The position numbers were made by a program, and so were the translations under genes. Positions 7,701-15,935 of a stretch of 64,000 nucleotides of DNA are shown one piece after another (the first letter of the stretch is position 1; each line of letters opens with the position of its first letter). This DNA is from Acidobacteriaceae bacterium (GTDB lineage Bacteria > Acidobacteriota > Terriglobia > Terriglobales > Acidobacteriaceae): assembly GCA_035507705.1 (NCBI GenBank), contig DATJNV010000101.1, positions 90,495 through 154,494 on the forward strand. Reading direction: 5' to 3'. The notes under the pieces are model-generated. The model was not told the origin of the DNA, did no database searches, and worked only from the letters and a program-made list of their open reading frames with translations.

Positions 7701-10677
7701 AGACCAGAGTTCCTGGTATCGAAGGTGTCGTGAGGTCGAAGGCCAGCATCACAATATTGCGAGTGCCTGGCAATTGAACACTCTTCACCGTTTTGTTTAC
7801 GTTCAGGGGAATTTGATATCCGTAGACGCAAACTGAGTCCGCCTGTGTCGTTCCGTTATAGTAGTTACGATCTTCTTCGCAACTGACCACAGATTCACCC
7901 GGCCAGCCGGCAGCATTGAACCAATCGCTCATATTTTGGTTGAACGTCGTGGTGCTGCCGTCGGTGTAAGTGACAATGAAGGTCTGATTCGCGTTGATGT
8001 TATTGACCATCGCCCCGAGCATAAACAGGTTAGTGTAGTTGCCTTGCGGCAGGGGAATGGTTTCGTTGGCCACCGCATCCGGTGCACTGGCGGGCCCGAT
8101 GTTGAAGGTCATGCCGTTCCAAACCACCGTGGACCCGAGGGTGGTGGTTGAATAGGAGTATCCATCATTATCGAAGCCACCCGTTCCATAGGTAGCACCC
8201 GTCGGATAGATACCGTAGACGTTGTAGTAGCTGCTGAGCGGAACCTGGATCGTGCCGGAGGATACCGTGGCGTCAAGCTGGAAGCCACTTAGCGGCGTTC
8301 CATACACGATCGGGGTCGGAGTTGGCCAGGTAATGACAGGCTGGGCCTGGAGGACGGTGATCGGAACCGTTGCAATTTCATTTCCGTATGTCGGACTGTT
8401 GGGATTAAAGGTGACGGAGAGCGTCGAGGTCCCTGCAGGCAGAATCGTACCCGAGCCGGGCGTATAGGTGAAGGTCCCGGCCACGCTGTCGGTCGCGTCC
8501 AATTGCGTGGCGCTCAGCGGAGTACCATAGGTGATCGGGGCCGGGTTCGCCCAGGTGAGAATTGAGGAATTCAAGGTCGAGCCATCCACCCTTTTACTGT
8601 TGCTCTTATTGAAAGAGCAGTCACCAGGGTAAGAGGCACGGAACACATCGTTTGTGTTGTACGGCAGCGTCACGTTCAGGGTGGCAACACCACTGGAGAG
8701 TGGTGCTGTGCCGATCGTAGCTCCGTTATTGGTGAAGGTCACCAACTCCCCGTTCGTCGTTGTCGAACCGTAGGCGTACGGAGCGAGTGTGGCCTGCAGA
8801 GTGACCTGTTGGCCGGTCACCCCGTTCGCCGGCATCACGGCAAGCGTTAAAGTTGTGTTCTGCGTCGTAGGCGTAAAGGTAAGCGCGTTTGAAGTGCTGG
8901 TCCCATAGTTTCCATCGCCGCCGTAGGTGGCGGTCACCGATTGCGTATTGCAGCCATAGAAGGCAACCTTGGAGAGAGCAGCCTGCTCCGACTGACCAGA
9001 CAGCAGCACGCTCAGGCCATTACCCGTCACAGCGGTCAGATCGACCTGATCGTCGCCATTGATATCTCCTTCGTTGGCAAAGATGGCGCCAGCGCTCACA
9101 GTGTAATAGGTCGGTGTATTAAAGGCACCGCCACCCTTGCCCAGCATCAGGCCAACTGTGGTATTACCGTTGTTGGCAGAGATGATGTCGGTTATGCCGT
9201 CGCGATTGAAGTCTCCAATCGTCAAATAATACGGTCCGCTATTCATCGTGATCTTGGTAGGCGATCCGAAGCTCGGGATCGCCGTACCTTTGTTCAGGAG
9301 GATATAGACCGCGTTATCCGGAGCGCTGGTGGTAGCCAGATCCAGATAGCCGTCCCCGTTGAAATCGCCCAGGGCTACAGAACCTACCTGGCTGGAACCA
9401 ACATTGACAAGTACCGCCGGTTGGAATGTGCCGTCCCCATTGCCCTGAAGAATGGTCGCTGAGCCGCCACCGTCCGCGGCCACGGCGAGATCCAAAAAGC
9501 CATCATTGTTGATGTCGCCCACGACGACATTCCACGGTTGCGAAGGAGAGGAGAAGTAAGCCGGCGCGTTAAACGTTCCGTCTCCATTACCCAGAATGAC
9601 CGCCACCTGGTTCAAACCGGAGTTTGTGGCCACCAGGTCTTCAATGCCATCCCGGTTGAAATCGCCTATAGCCAGCAGTCTTGACGCCGAAGTAGAGGCC
9701 GCAACTGGAAAGTTTTTAGGATTCTGGAAGGTCCCATCTCCGTTGCCGAGATATATGTTGACCGAGCCTATGCCTTGCCCGCTGAGGACAGCGAGATCCT
9801 GCTTGCCGTCTCCGTTGAAGTCTCCGACGACAACCGATGTCGGAGTAAAAGGAGGCGTAGTATTAATCGGCGTCCCGGTCGTAAATGTGCCGTCCCCCTT
9901 ACCTAACAAGATAACGACTGGCCCGCCGTTGGTGGGGACCGCGAAATCAGGACGTCCATCACCGTTGAAATCGCCGATGGCCGGTCCGTTGGTCCCACCC
10001 GTTTGCCCGTTATTCATGTTGGCGATGGGATAATCCTGGGACGAAGTAAATCCGGTCTGCAGCGTTCCGGCGTTGAGCGGAGCTGTGCCGAGAACGAAAT
10101 TCGAGGTTGTATCTGTAAAGGTGACGCTCCCCGTGGGAGCCGATGGGCCGAATGCGGATACGGTCGCGGTCAGTGTGGCGTTCGGAGCGGTGCCGGTACT
10201 AGCCAGGGCAGTTGCTGTGAGGTAGGGTGCAGCAAAATTAACAGATTGAGGCGAGGAGGAACTGGTGTTGAATAAAGCGGTCCCGTTATAGGTAGCAGTG
10301 AATTGATGGGTCCCGACCCCACCGACTTCCGTGGCCAGAACTGCCGTTCCTGGATTGCCGTTCGTCGATTGAACCTGGACCGTACCCAGGACCTCGCTGA
10401 TGCCGTTATAAAGATCAGTAAAGGTCACAGTACCGCCGGCCACGGTAAACTCCACGGACTGCACCTGCGCCGTCATTGTGACAACGGAGCCACTGGACGG
10501 ATTCTGCGGCGTAGTAAAAAGAGAGGTTGTCGTCGACGTTGATGCCCAGGCCACGGGTCCAGCGGTCACTAACGCAAGCGCGCCCAACAGCACCGGCAGC
10601 CAACGACCCCGGCGTTCCTGTTTGGAAATGATACGGCGCTTAAATGTCGCAATGGCTGAGTGCTTCATGGCTTTCAA
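4741..10677 (-). CDS. Very large secreted repeat protein (1978 aa) with Ig-like domains, a 7x FG-GAP/VCBS propeller, two copies of an unassigned ~170-aa module, an NHL-repeat propeller and a C-terminal Ig-like domain
   Basis: Signal peptide (RRGRWLPVLLGALALVTAGPVAWA). Seven GDFNGDG/GDINNDG-type repeats at aa ~233-550. Repeated WPTP..YGTPLS..QLDAT Ig-like units. NHL-like repeats (GNLVVAD, GNIYIAD, NLYVGD, GDMFVTD, GNVYVSD) at aa ~1670-1880. Confidence 0.9.
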   Translation of the reverse strand: MKAMKHSAIATFKRRIISKQERRGRWLPVLLGALALVTAGPVAWASTSTTTSLFTTPQNPSSGSVVTMTAQVQSVEFTVAGGTVTFTDLYNGISEVLGTVQVQSTNGNPGTAVLATEVGGVGTHQFTATYNGTALFNTSSSSPQSVNFAAPYLTATALASTGTAPNATLTATVSAFGPSAPTGSVTFTDTTSNFVLGTAPLNAGTLQTGFTSSQDYPIANMNNGQTGGTNGPAIGDFNGDGRPDFAVPTNGGPVVILLGKGDGTFTTGTPINTTPPFTPTSVVVGDFNGDGKQDLAVLSGQGIGSVNIYLGNGDGTFQNPKNFPVAASTSASRLLAIGDFNRDGIEDLVATNSGLNQVAVILGNGDGTFNAPAYFSSPSQPWNVVVGDINNDGFLDLAVAADGGGSATILQGNGDGTFQPAVLVNVGSSQVGSVALGDFNGDGYLDLATTSAPDNAVYILLNKGTAIPSFGSPTKITMNSGPYYLTIGDFNRDGITDIISANNGNTTVGLMLGKGGGAFNTPTYYTVSAGAIFANEGDINGDDQVDLTAVTGNGLSVLLSGQSEQAALSKVAFYGCNTQSVTATYGGDGNYGTSTSNALTFTPTTQNTTLTLAVMPANGVTGQQVTLQATLAPYAYGSTTTNGELVTFTNNGATIGTAPLSSGVATLNVTLPYNTNDVFRASYPGDCSFNKSNSKRVDGSTLNSSILTWANPAPITYGTPLSATQLDATDSVAGTFTYTPGSGTILPAGTSTLSVTFNPNSPTYGNEIATVPITVLQAQPVITWPTPTPIVYGTPLSGFQLDATVSSGTIQVPLSSYYNVYGIYPTGATYGTGGFDNDGYSYSTTTLGSTVVWNGMTFNIGPASAPDAVANETIPLPQGNYTNLFMLGAMVNNINANQTFIVTYTDGSTTTFNQNMSDWFNAAGWPGESVVSCEEDRNYYNGTTQADSVCVYGYQIPLNVNKTVKSVQLPGTRNIVMLAFDLTTPSIPGTLVYTPPAGTVEPVGTDTLSVTFTPTDTTDYQNATATVQLVVQNPPTPTVTPTISWPTPANITYGTPLSSTQLDAVAMGAARPTPVIPTSQLQVISTSTDGTPFNQPGFDNAGNAYSYNQLGNGSVSFAGTTFTLGPPTVPNAITSGAVYTLGAPGSYATVYLLGAATTTGQTNQPFLLTYSDGTKVSETLNMSSWASPAGYSDETVVAKTTYSNNQGGGRTNGTYDLYGYQLTANPNKTLVSVTLPNTRNVVIMALGFGNNTQVVVPGTYVYTPPSGTVLPVGTYTLNVVFTPDNTAGYTGATGSTTITVVKATPIINWPTPAAISTTTPLSSTQLDATATFNGASLPGTYAYTVPPSSANAFGQTLSAGTHTLQVVFTPTDTVDFNSVTATVQIVVGSVGSTGITGTPIFGNGDCCFFSQPTPYLITVTGSTAAPTGTVTVVYNGQTVGTGTLTPGSGASSTASLQVNSIYFYPGNNNVTLNYLGDTNYIPFNSPAVIPLRNPWIPANPATVGGGSSTIEIPYAYVVDGAATFNFTPAGGGASDFTNISSPELPACQSGLTEIAGTICTLSVAFKPGLPGIRKGVVEVDFTPSSGPAEPKLYLFLSGLGSAAQISLSSATQQVLNSALNQPQSLTFKSNDLTNSTLYVANSNAGQLDTLASTGGSLTQWNPANTTNLVYPSDVVFDAFGNLVVADVNAAKVFSFSPALAESTIGTGTFTLGYPTGARVDLAGNIYIADAGSSPRIIEIPGETYDTTYTPSLLNLGSNSVSFPQALAVDNGGQNLYVGDGNNNQILVISLAGTGSANYPIAPCNPATVTSCALNSPAGFAFDPNGDMFVTDSGARVLMVPAAHSASNPTTQLPLTGLVNPTGVTLDGSGNVYVSDLNGTVNKLLVNTGALKFPSLNSSLSTTITNTGNLSLSITSLKLGNGASSAYSITNNGCTGAVAPGGTCTITLSYSNASGAATDTLTIGSNAFSLTGVTINLSH

Positions 10678-11026
10678 GGCTCCAATTCGAACGGTTAATA
10701 ACCAGGTGTTTTAGTAGTAAAAGGAAGTTTCGACACGGGTGGGAGTAAATCCGTGGGGCGGTCGAACTGGCTCGCCAGTGGGGGAGTAGGTGCATGAGAA
10801 TGCATCAACTGCTGGAGAATAACGTTGCTTTTGGCACATTGTTATTACTCTTATGGGGGATGCCGAGTGATCTCAACCCGAACGACCGGGTAAGTTGCTT
10901 ATGCGGTTGGCCGTTAGCTCCTGTGAACCATGGGTAAAATCTTCCCGGCCTTTCCACGAGTATTTCCTTCGTTAACAGCCAACCGGTTACTCGACAACTG
11001 CTGTATTCTTCCTCAGGACAATCAAT

Positions 11027-12367
11027 ATGGATAAGAGAGAGTTTCTGAAAACATCCGGCGTGTTTCTGGCCGGCACCATGTTCTCTCCTTTAAGTTCGGG
11101 TGAAGCAAGCTCTCCGCGAACAAACTGGTCGGGCAATTACACCTACAGCACCGACCGTCTTTACCAGCCTCAGACCATTGAGGAAGTCCAGCAGCTGGTT
11201 AAGAAATGCAGCAAAATACGTGCGTTGGGCGCGCGCCACTCCTTTAATGGGATCGCAGACAGCACCGAGAATCAGATCTCGCTGGCTCATCTCAACCAGG
11301 TCACTCTCAATCGCGAATCGCGGACCGTTACTGTGGGCGGGGGAGTCACTTATAGCCAACTGGCTCCATATCTCGAAAGCCAAGGGTATGCGTTACCGAA
11401 CCTGGCCTCGTTGCCCCAGATTTCGGTGGCTGGTGCTATTGCTACTGCGACCCATGGGTCGGGCAGCCAGAACGGCAACCTCGCTATACCCGTATCCGGA
11501 TTGGAGGTAGTCACGGCTGACGGTGGGCTGCTGACGCTTTCGCGAGAGCGGGATGGCGACCGGTTTCAGGGAGCGGTAGTGAACCTGGGTGCAGTCGGTG
11601 TGGTCACGAAGACTACGCTCGACGTTGAGTCCACCTATCAGGTCGCCCAGGTCGTCTACGAGAATCTCTCCATGGATCAGTTGGAGAAACACCTGGATGA
11701 GATTTTCGCGAGCGGCTACAGCGTGAGCATGTTCACGGACTGGCAGAATCATCGCATCGGCCAGGTGTGGGTGAAACGGCGGGTGGGAGCGGGTAGCCCG
11801 CCCCGATTCGATCCAGAGCTACTGGGAGCCAAGCTGGCGACCCGGAAACTGCACCCGATCCCCGGGCACTCGGCGGAAAGCTGCACGGAGCAACTCGGTA
11901 TCCCGGGACCCTGGTATGACCGTCTGCCTCATTTTCGCATTAACTTCACGCCCAGCAGCGGAGCGGAATTGCAGTCCGAGTACCTGATCCCCCGGGAACA
12001 TGGATACCAGGCCATTCTGGCGGTGGAACAGCTGCGGGATCAGATAACGCCGCATCTGTTTATCACCGAGCTGCGGACCATTGAGCAGGATCATCTTTGG
12101 ATGAGCACTGCCTACGGGCGCCCCTCCATGGCGATTCATTTCACGTGGAAGCCGGAATGGCCAGAGGTGAAAAATGTGCTGCCTATGATCGAAGCCAAGC
12201 TGGCGCCCTTTGATGCCCGTCCGCATTGGGGGAAGCTGTTCACTATGAAAGCCGCGCGCATCAAGCCGCTCTATCCGGAAATGTCGCGGTATCAAGGGCT
12301 TCTGGCACACTATGACGAGCACGGAAAATTCCGTAATCGCTTCCTGGAAACGACTATTTACGGCTAA
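11027..12367 (+). CDS. FAD-linked oxidase of the alditol oxidase / D-arabinono-1,4-lactone oxidase family, with a Tat-like leader
   Basis: TNWSGNYTYS...P.TIEEVQQLV...RALGARHSFNGIAD matches the family N-terminus. The N-terminus DKREFLKTSGVFLAG resembles a KR-variant twin-arginine signal. Confidence 0.8.
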   Translation: MDKREFLKTSGVFLAGTMFSPLSSGEASSPRTNWSGNYTYSTDRLYQPQTIEEVQQLVKKCSKIRALGARHSFNGIADSTENQISLAHLNQVTLNRESRTVTVGGGVTYSQLAPYLESQGYALPNLASLPQISVAGAIATATHGSGSQNGNLAIPVSGLEVVTADGGLLTLSRERDGDRFQGAVVNLGAVGVVTKTTLDVESTYQVAQVVYENLSMDQLEKHLDEIFASGYSVSMFTDWQNHRIGQVWVKRRVGAGSPPRFDPELLGAKLATRKLHPIPGHSAESCTEQLGIPGPWYDRLPHFRINFTPSSGAELQSEYLIPREHGYQAILAVEQLRDQITPHLFITELRTIEQDHLWMSTAYGRPSMAIHFTWKPEWPEVKNVLPMIEAKLAPFDARPHWGKLFTMKAARIKPLYPEMSRYQGLLAHYDEHGKFRNRFLETTIYG

Positions 12368-12469
12368 GGCCTAGGCTTCGGGGCTGTGCGATCAACTACG
12401 ATCCGTGCAAGGCCACCTCGCGCGAAAACTTCGAGAGGTGGGGTATGCCACTGCTGGTGGAGGCAGTGG

Positions 12470-12628
12470 CTACCTATCTTCTTCGGCCTCCCCCAATACT
12501 TCTTCGATTTCCATGTCACGGTATTCTTGGGAGTCGAACACTTGACCGCAGTCCAGACATTCAACGTATTCGACATCCTCTTCACGCGCTACGACGCGCA
12601 CTTTGGGGTGTTTGCAGGCGGTATTCAT
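12470..12628 (-). CDS. Small acidic CxH...CxxC protein (putative zinc-ribbon-like), hypothetical
   Basis: MNTACKHPKVRVVAREEDVEYVECLDCGQVFDSQEYRDMEIEEVLGEAEEDR, co-oriented just downstream of the PIN/TRAM gene. No clear SD. The ORF could also start at 12739. Confidence 0.4.
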   Translation of the reverse strand: MNTACKHPKVRVVAREEDVEYVECLDCGQVFDSQEYRDMEIEEVLGEAEEDR

Positions 12629-12754
12629 GTGGGAGGTTTTGGAGTGAGCAACCAGTGCTCTTCGGCAAGATTGTACCCGGCGGATTCCGCCTGTCAAATC
12701 TGTTTCTGAGCTTTCGTAACCCCGGGGCCGAAATTTCATGGAAAGGGCGTTTGT

Positions 12755-13792
12755 CTAGCTGGAAAGCTCAGTCATGGTGCGCACCTGCTCCGGTTTAAGG
12801 CCTGAATCCTCCAGCTTGCCGAAGATCATTTTGCCCGAAGCCGTTTGCAACACGCTGGTCACCGTAATTTCGACGGAGCGGCCGATCATCCGCCGGGCGT
12901 GATCCACCACAACCATGGTTCCATCATCCAGATAACCGACACCCTGGTTGTACTCCTTGCCCTCTTTCAAAACCAGCACGTTCATCTTTTCCCCGGGCAG
13001 CACCAGCGGCTTCAGAGAATTGGCTAAGTCGTTCAAATTGAGTGCGCGCACATGATGCAGCTGAGCGACTTTACTGAGATTGAAATCATTGGTCACGATC
13101 GGGGCCGAAATCTTGCGCGCCAGCTCGATCAGCTTGAGATCCACTTCACGCAGTTGAGGAAAGTCATCCTCGGTGATTTGTATGGCTAGCAGCGGATTGG
13201 CCTGCATTTTCTGCAGCATATCCAGACCCCGGCGCCCGCGTTGCCGCCGGGAATTGTCTGACGAGTCGGCCACGATCTGCAGCTCGCGCAACACGAATTC
13301 GGGCACCAGCAGAGTCCCTTCCAGGAAACCGGTTTGCACCACGTCAGCGATTCGACCGTCGATGATCGCACTGGTGTCGAGGATCTTGACACTGCGCTTG
13401 CCGCCTGCGCGCTCCCCGGCAAAGAGCTCCGCCAGACTGCCGGTAAAGTTCAACAGGTCTCCCTTGCTGGCGCCCACGGTGAGACCGATGTACGACATAA
13501 GCATGAGGACGAACAGTTGCAGGAGAGCTCGGGTCCCACCGGGAGGGAGGGTTTCTGCCAACACCATGGCGAACAGAGCCGCGCCGGCGATCCCCAGCAC
13601 GCTCCCCAGGACCGCACCCAGGAGGCGCTTGATGCTTAGAGCCCGGACGCGCAGTTCGAATACGATCACTGCGGCGGCGGCAATGGCGCCAAGCACAGCG
13701 GCCGCCCAAGGCTCGAGTGCAAACGGCCGCAAAAAGAAGCAGGCCGCCGTTAGAGCAAGAATAAAAAGAATGCGGATGACAACGAGATCCAT
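12755..13792 (-). CDS. Membrane-anchored PIN + TRAM domain protein (YacL-like)
   Basis: N-terminal TM helices, a PIN region (KILDTSAIIDGRI...LLVPEFVLRELQ...D), and a C-terminal TRAM-like beta domain (MNVLVLKEGKEYNQGVGYLDDGTMVVV...ITVTSVLQTASGKMIFG). Confidence 0.85.
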   Translation of the reverse strand: MDLVVIRILFILALTAACFFLRPFALEPWAAAVLGAIAAAAVIVFELRVRALSIKRLLGAVLGSVLGIAGAALFAMVLAETLPPGGTRALLQLFVLMLMSYIGLTVGASKGDLLNFTGSLAELFAGERAGGKRSVKILDTSAIIDGRIADVVQTGFLEGTLLVPEFVLRELQIVADSSDNSRRQRGRRGLDMLQKMQANPLLAIQITEDDFPQLREVDLKLIELARKISAPIVTNDFNLSKVAQLHHVRALNLNDLANSLKPLVLPGEKMNVLVLKEGKEYNQGVGYLDDGTMVVVDHARRMIGRSVEITVTSVLQTASGKMIFGKLEDSGLKPEQVRTMTELSS

Positions 13793-13840
13793 GAAGTTCC
13801 AGCGCCCCCCGGAGTATACCGATGGCAGCAGGTTTGGAGC

Positions 13841-13881
13841 AAAAGGAAATCCCCAAGCCGCACGCGTGGCGGCTTAGGGAT
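13841..13881 (-). terminator. Hairpin terminator after the moeZ-like gene
   Basis: On the minus strand, TCCCTAAGCCGCC..GCGGCTTGGGGA forms a ~12-bp stem with one mismatch, followed by ATTTCCTTTTGC. It lies 32 nt past the stop at 13913. Confidence 0.6.
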
Positions 13882-13912
13882 TTGTGGTCGCTAACAGAGT
13901 GTGAGTCCTGCG

Positions 13913-15091
13913 CTAGTACTTAGGAACACGGGGGTCGATCTTTTCACTCCAGGCTTGTATGCCGCCGGCCAAATTTTTCACATGGAAGCCGGCCTGCTGC
14001 AGAAACTCCGCCGCTTTCTGGCTACGGCCACCGCCCTTGCAATGGACAACAATCTCGCGGCTTTTGTCCAGTTCGCCTACCCGCTTTTGCAGATCACCCA
14101 ACGGGATCAGGTAACCGCCGATTTGCGCAATCTTGAATTCATGGGGTTCCCGCACATCGAGCAGGAATAGATCCTTGCCTGCATCGCGCTGCTGCTTGAA
14201 CCGGGTCACGTCAAGCTGCTCGATACCATTGATCCTGGCCGCGTCAGGCGCAGGCGGAGGCTGTATTCCGCAGAACTGGTCATAATCGATTAGGGCGGTC
14301 ACGGTGGGATGCTTGCCACATACCGGGCAGTCCGGATTCTTGCGCAGCTTCAGCTCGCGGAATCGCATGCCCAGCGAGTCCACCAACAGCAGGCGCCCTA
14401 TCAGTGGATCACCCACACCCAGAATCAGCTTGATGACCTCCGTTGCCTGAATAACACCCACCAAACCAGGCAAAATGCCGAGTACTCCACCCTCCGCACA
14501 GGAAGGAACCAAGCCCGGTGGTGGCGGCTCCGGATAAAGGCAGCGATAGCACGGGCCCTCCTCCGTGGCGAAGACGCTGGCCTGCCCCTCGAAGCGGAAG
14601 ATAGAGCCATAGACGTTCGGCTTTCCGCTCAGCACGCAGGCATCATTGACCAGGTACCGGGTCTGGAAGTTGTCCGTACCGTCGGCCACGATGTCGAAGT
14701 CCTTGAATATCTCCATCGCATTGTTGCTCGCCAGCATGGTGTTGTGCTTGACGATCGTCATGTGAGGATTCAGGGCTTTCAGTTTTTCTTCCGCCGAATC
14801 CAACTTTGGACGGCCCACATCCCTGGTGCTATGGATGATCTGCCGCTGCAGGTTGCTGGAGTCCACCACATCGAAGTCGACTAGTCCCAACGTTCCGATA
14901 CCCGCGGCAGCAAGGTAGAAAGCTAAAGGTGAACCCAAGCCACCGGTGCCCACACATAGGACCTTCGCCGCCTTAAGCTTCTGCTGCCCCTCCATGCCAA
15001 CTTCGGGCAGGATCAGATGGCGCGAATAGCGCGCGATTTCGTCGTTGCTAAGCGACGGCAAAGCCGTGGGTATTTCAGTTAGTGTTGCCAT
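13913..15091 (-). CDS. moeZ: E1-like adenylyltransferase/sulfurtransferase with a C-terminal rhodanese domain (MoeZ/MoeB-type)
   Basis: ThiF/MoeB fold (GTGGLGSP, CYRCLYP, DCPVCG Zn motifs) plus a rhodanese active loop (VHCKGGGRS). I prefer the ATG at 15091, preceded by GGAG, over the track start at 15133. Confidence 0.85.
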   Translation of the reverse strand: MATLTEIPTALPSLSNDEIARYSRHLILPEVGMEGQQKLKAAKVLCVGTGGLGSPLAFYLAAAGIGTLGLVDFDVVDSSNLQRQIIHSTRDVGRPKLDSAEEKLKALNPHMTIVKHNTMLASNNAMEIFKDFDIVADGTDNFQTRYLVNDACVLSGKPNVYGSIFRFEGQASVFATEEGPCYRCLYPEPPPPGLVPSCAEGGVLGILPGLVGVIQATEVIKLILGVGDPLIGRLLLVDSLGMRFRELKLRKNPDCPVCGKHPTVTALIDYDQFCGIQPPPAPDAARINGIEQLDVTRFKQQRDAGKDLFLLDVREPHEFKIAQIGGYLIPLGDLQKRVGELDKSREIVVHCKGGGRSQKAAEFLQQAGFHVKNLAGGIQAWSEKIDPRVPKY

Positions 15092-15101
15092 TTTCAATCT
15101 C

Positions 15102-15392
15102 CTATTCTTTCCGATCGGCGCATCCGCCGGCAATGGAAGGAATGATGGACAAGCTGTCGCTTTCCTTCACCGCGGTGTTCTCTTTGTCGCTCAGATAGCG
15201 AATGTCTTCGTCGTTGAGGTAAACGTTCACGAAGGCACGCAGCTTGCCTTCTTCTGAATACAGATGCTTTTTCAATTCCGGGTGAGTGAGCGTGAGCTCA
15301 TCGAGCGCCTCGGCGACAGTTGCGGCATCGACCGTCACGGTCGCCTGCTTAGCGGCAAACTGACGAAGCGGAGTGGGAATGTGGATCTTCAT
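15102..15392 (-). CDS. cysO: ThiS/MoaD-family sulfur-carrier protein (CysO-like) with residues beyond the Gly-Gly
   Basis: 96 aa with a beta-grasp-like sequence ending ...SIIPSIAGG-CADRKE. It lies between a JAMM protease gene and an E1-like gene. The start at 15392 (MKIHIPT) is chosen over 15428. Confidence 0.75.
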   Translation of the reverse strand: MKIHIPTPLRQFAAKQATVTVDAATVAEALDELTLTHPELKKHLYSEEGKLRAFVNVYLNDEDIRYLSDKENTAVKESDSLSIIPSIAGGCADRKE

Positions 15393-15452
15393 TCGTCGAA
15401 CTCTCTCTTTCTGATGAGGTTTGAGCAATGCAAGGACCTACAGGGCCGGCGG

Positions 15453-15935
15453 TCAACAGCGTTCGGGCCACACGTGGATTTCCTCGTTTTCAAACCGTTT
15501 ATCATCTTCGCCGGTCCCGGCCAGAAAAAAAGAGTTGGTCTGTTTGGCTACGCCCTTCTCGATGCTGGTGATTACGTAGGAACAACCGAGCCAATGAGCT
15601 TCATTAAAATCCGTCGGCGACCATCGTGCAGGGTGATCGGGATGGGAATGATAGAAACCGACAATGTCGAGGCTGCGCTCACGTGCATGCCGCTGGATGC
15701 TGACCAGCTCCTGGGGCGCGATGTGGTACCGATTATGGGCGGAATCAGTCCGGGTATTGCCCGCCCGAACTGCCGCCTTCACCTCGTTGATCCCGTCCAG
15801 TGCATTCCCTAACAGTACTCCGCAGCACTCGTGGGGATAGGTCTCCTCGCCATGCTGACGCAACTGGGCATACACCGAATCGCTGATTTTAAGTGTTTGC
15901 GCCACGCGCGCATCAGGAGTTGCGTTCGCCATCAT
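15453..15935 (-). CDS. mec: JAMM/MPN+ (Mov34) metalloprotease, Mec-like
   Basis: Catalytic Glu context (HECCGVLLG) and JAMM motif HSHPDHPARWSPTD (HxHx7Sx2D). The ATG at 15935 overlaps the cysM stop as ATGA. Confidence 0.85.
   Translation of the reverse strand: MMANATPDARVAQTLKISDSVYAQLRQHGEETYPHECCGVLLGNALDGINEVKAAVRAGNTRTDSAHNRYHIAPQELVSIQRHARERSLDIVGFYHSHPDHPARWSPTDFNEAHWLGCSYVITSIEKGVAKQTNSFFLAGTGEDDKRFENEEIHVWPERC

Noticed and set aside
10832-10845. TGGCAC hexamers that look like sigma-54 -24 elements, at 10832-10837 (upstream of the FAD oxidase gene) and 43493-43498 (dnaK leader).
   Set aside because: The required GC of the -12 element (TTGC) at the fixed spacing is missing in both cases (TATT and TCCC). 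No bacterial enhancer-binding protein gene is nearby.
12386-12798. Plus-strand ORFs of 107 and 117 aa between the FAD oxidase gene and the PIN/TRAM gene.
   Set aside because: The sequences are not protein-like (Cys/Trp/Phe/His-rich runs). They overlap the PIN/TRAM 3' end and the more plausible minus-strand small ORF.
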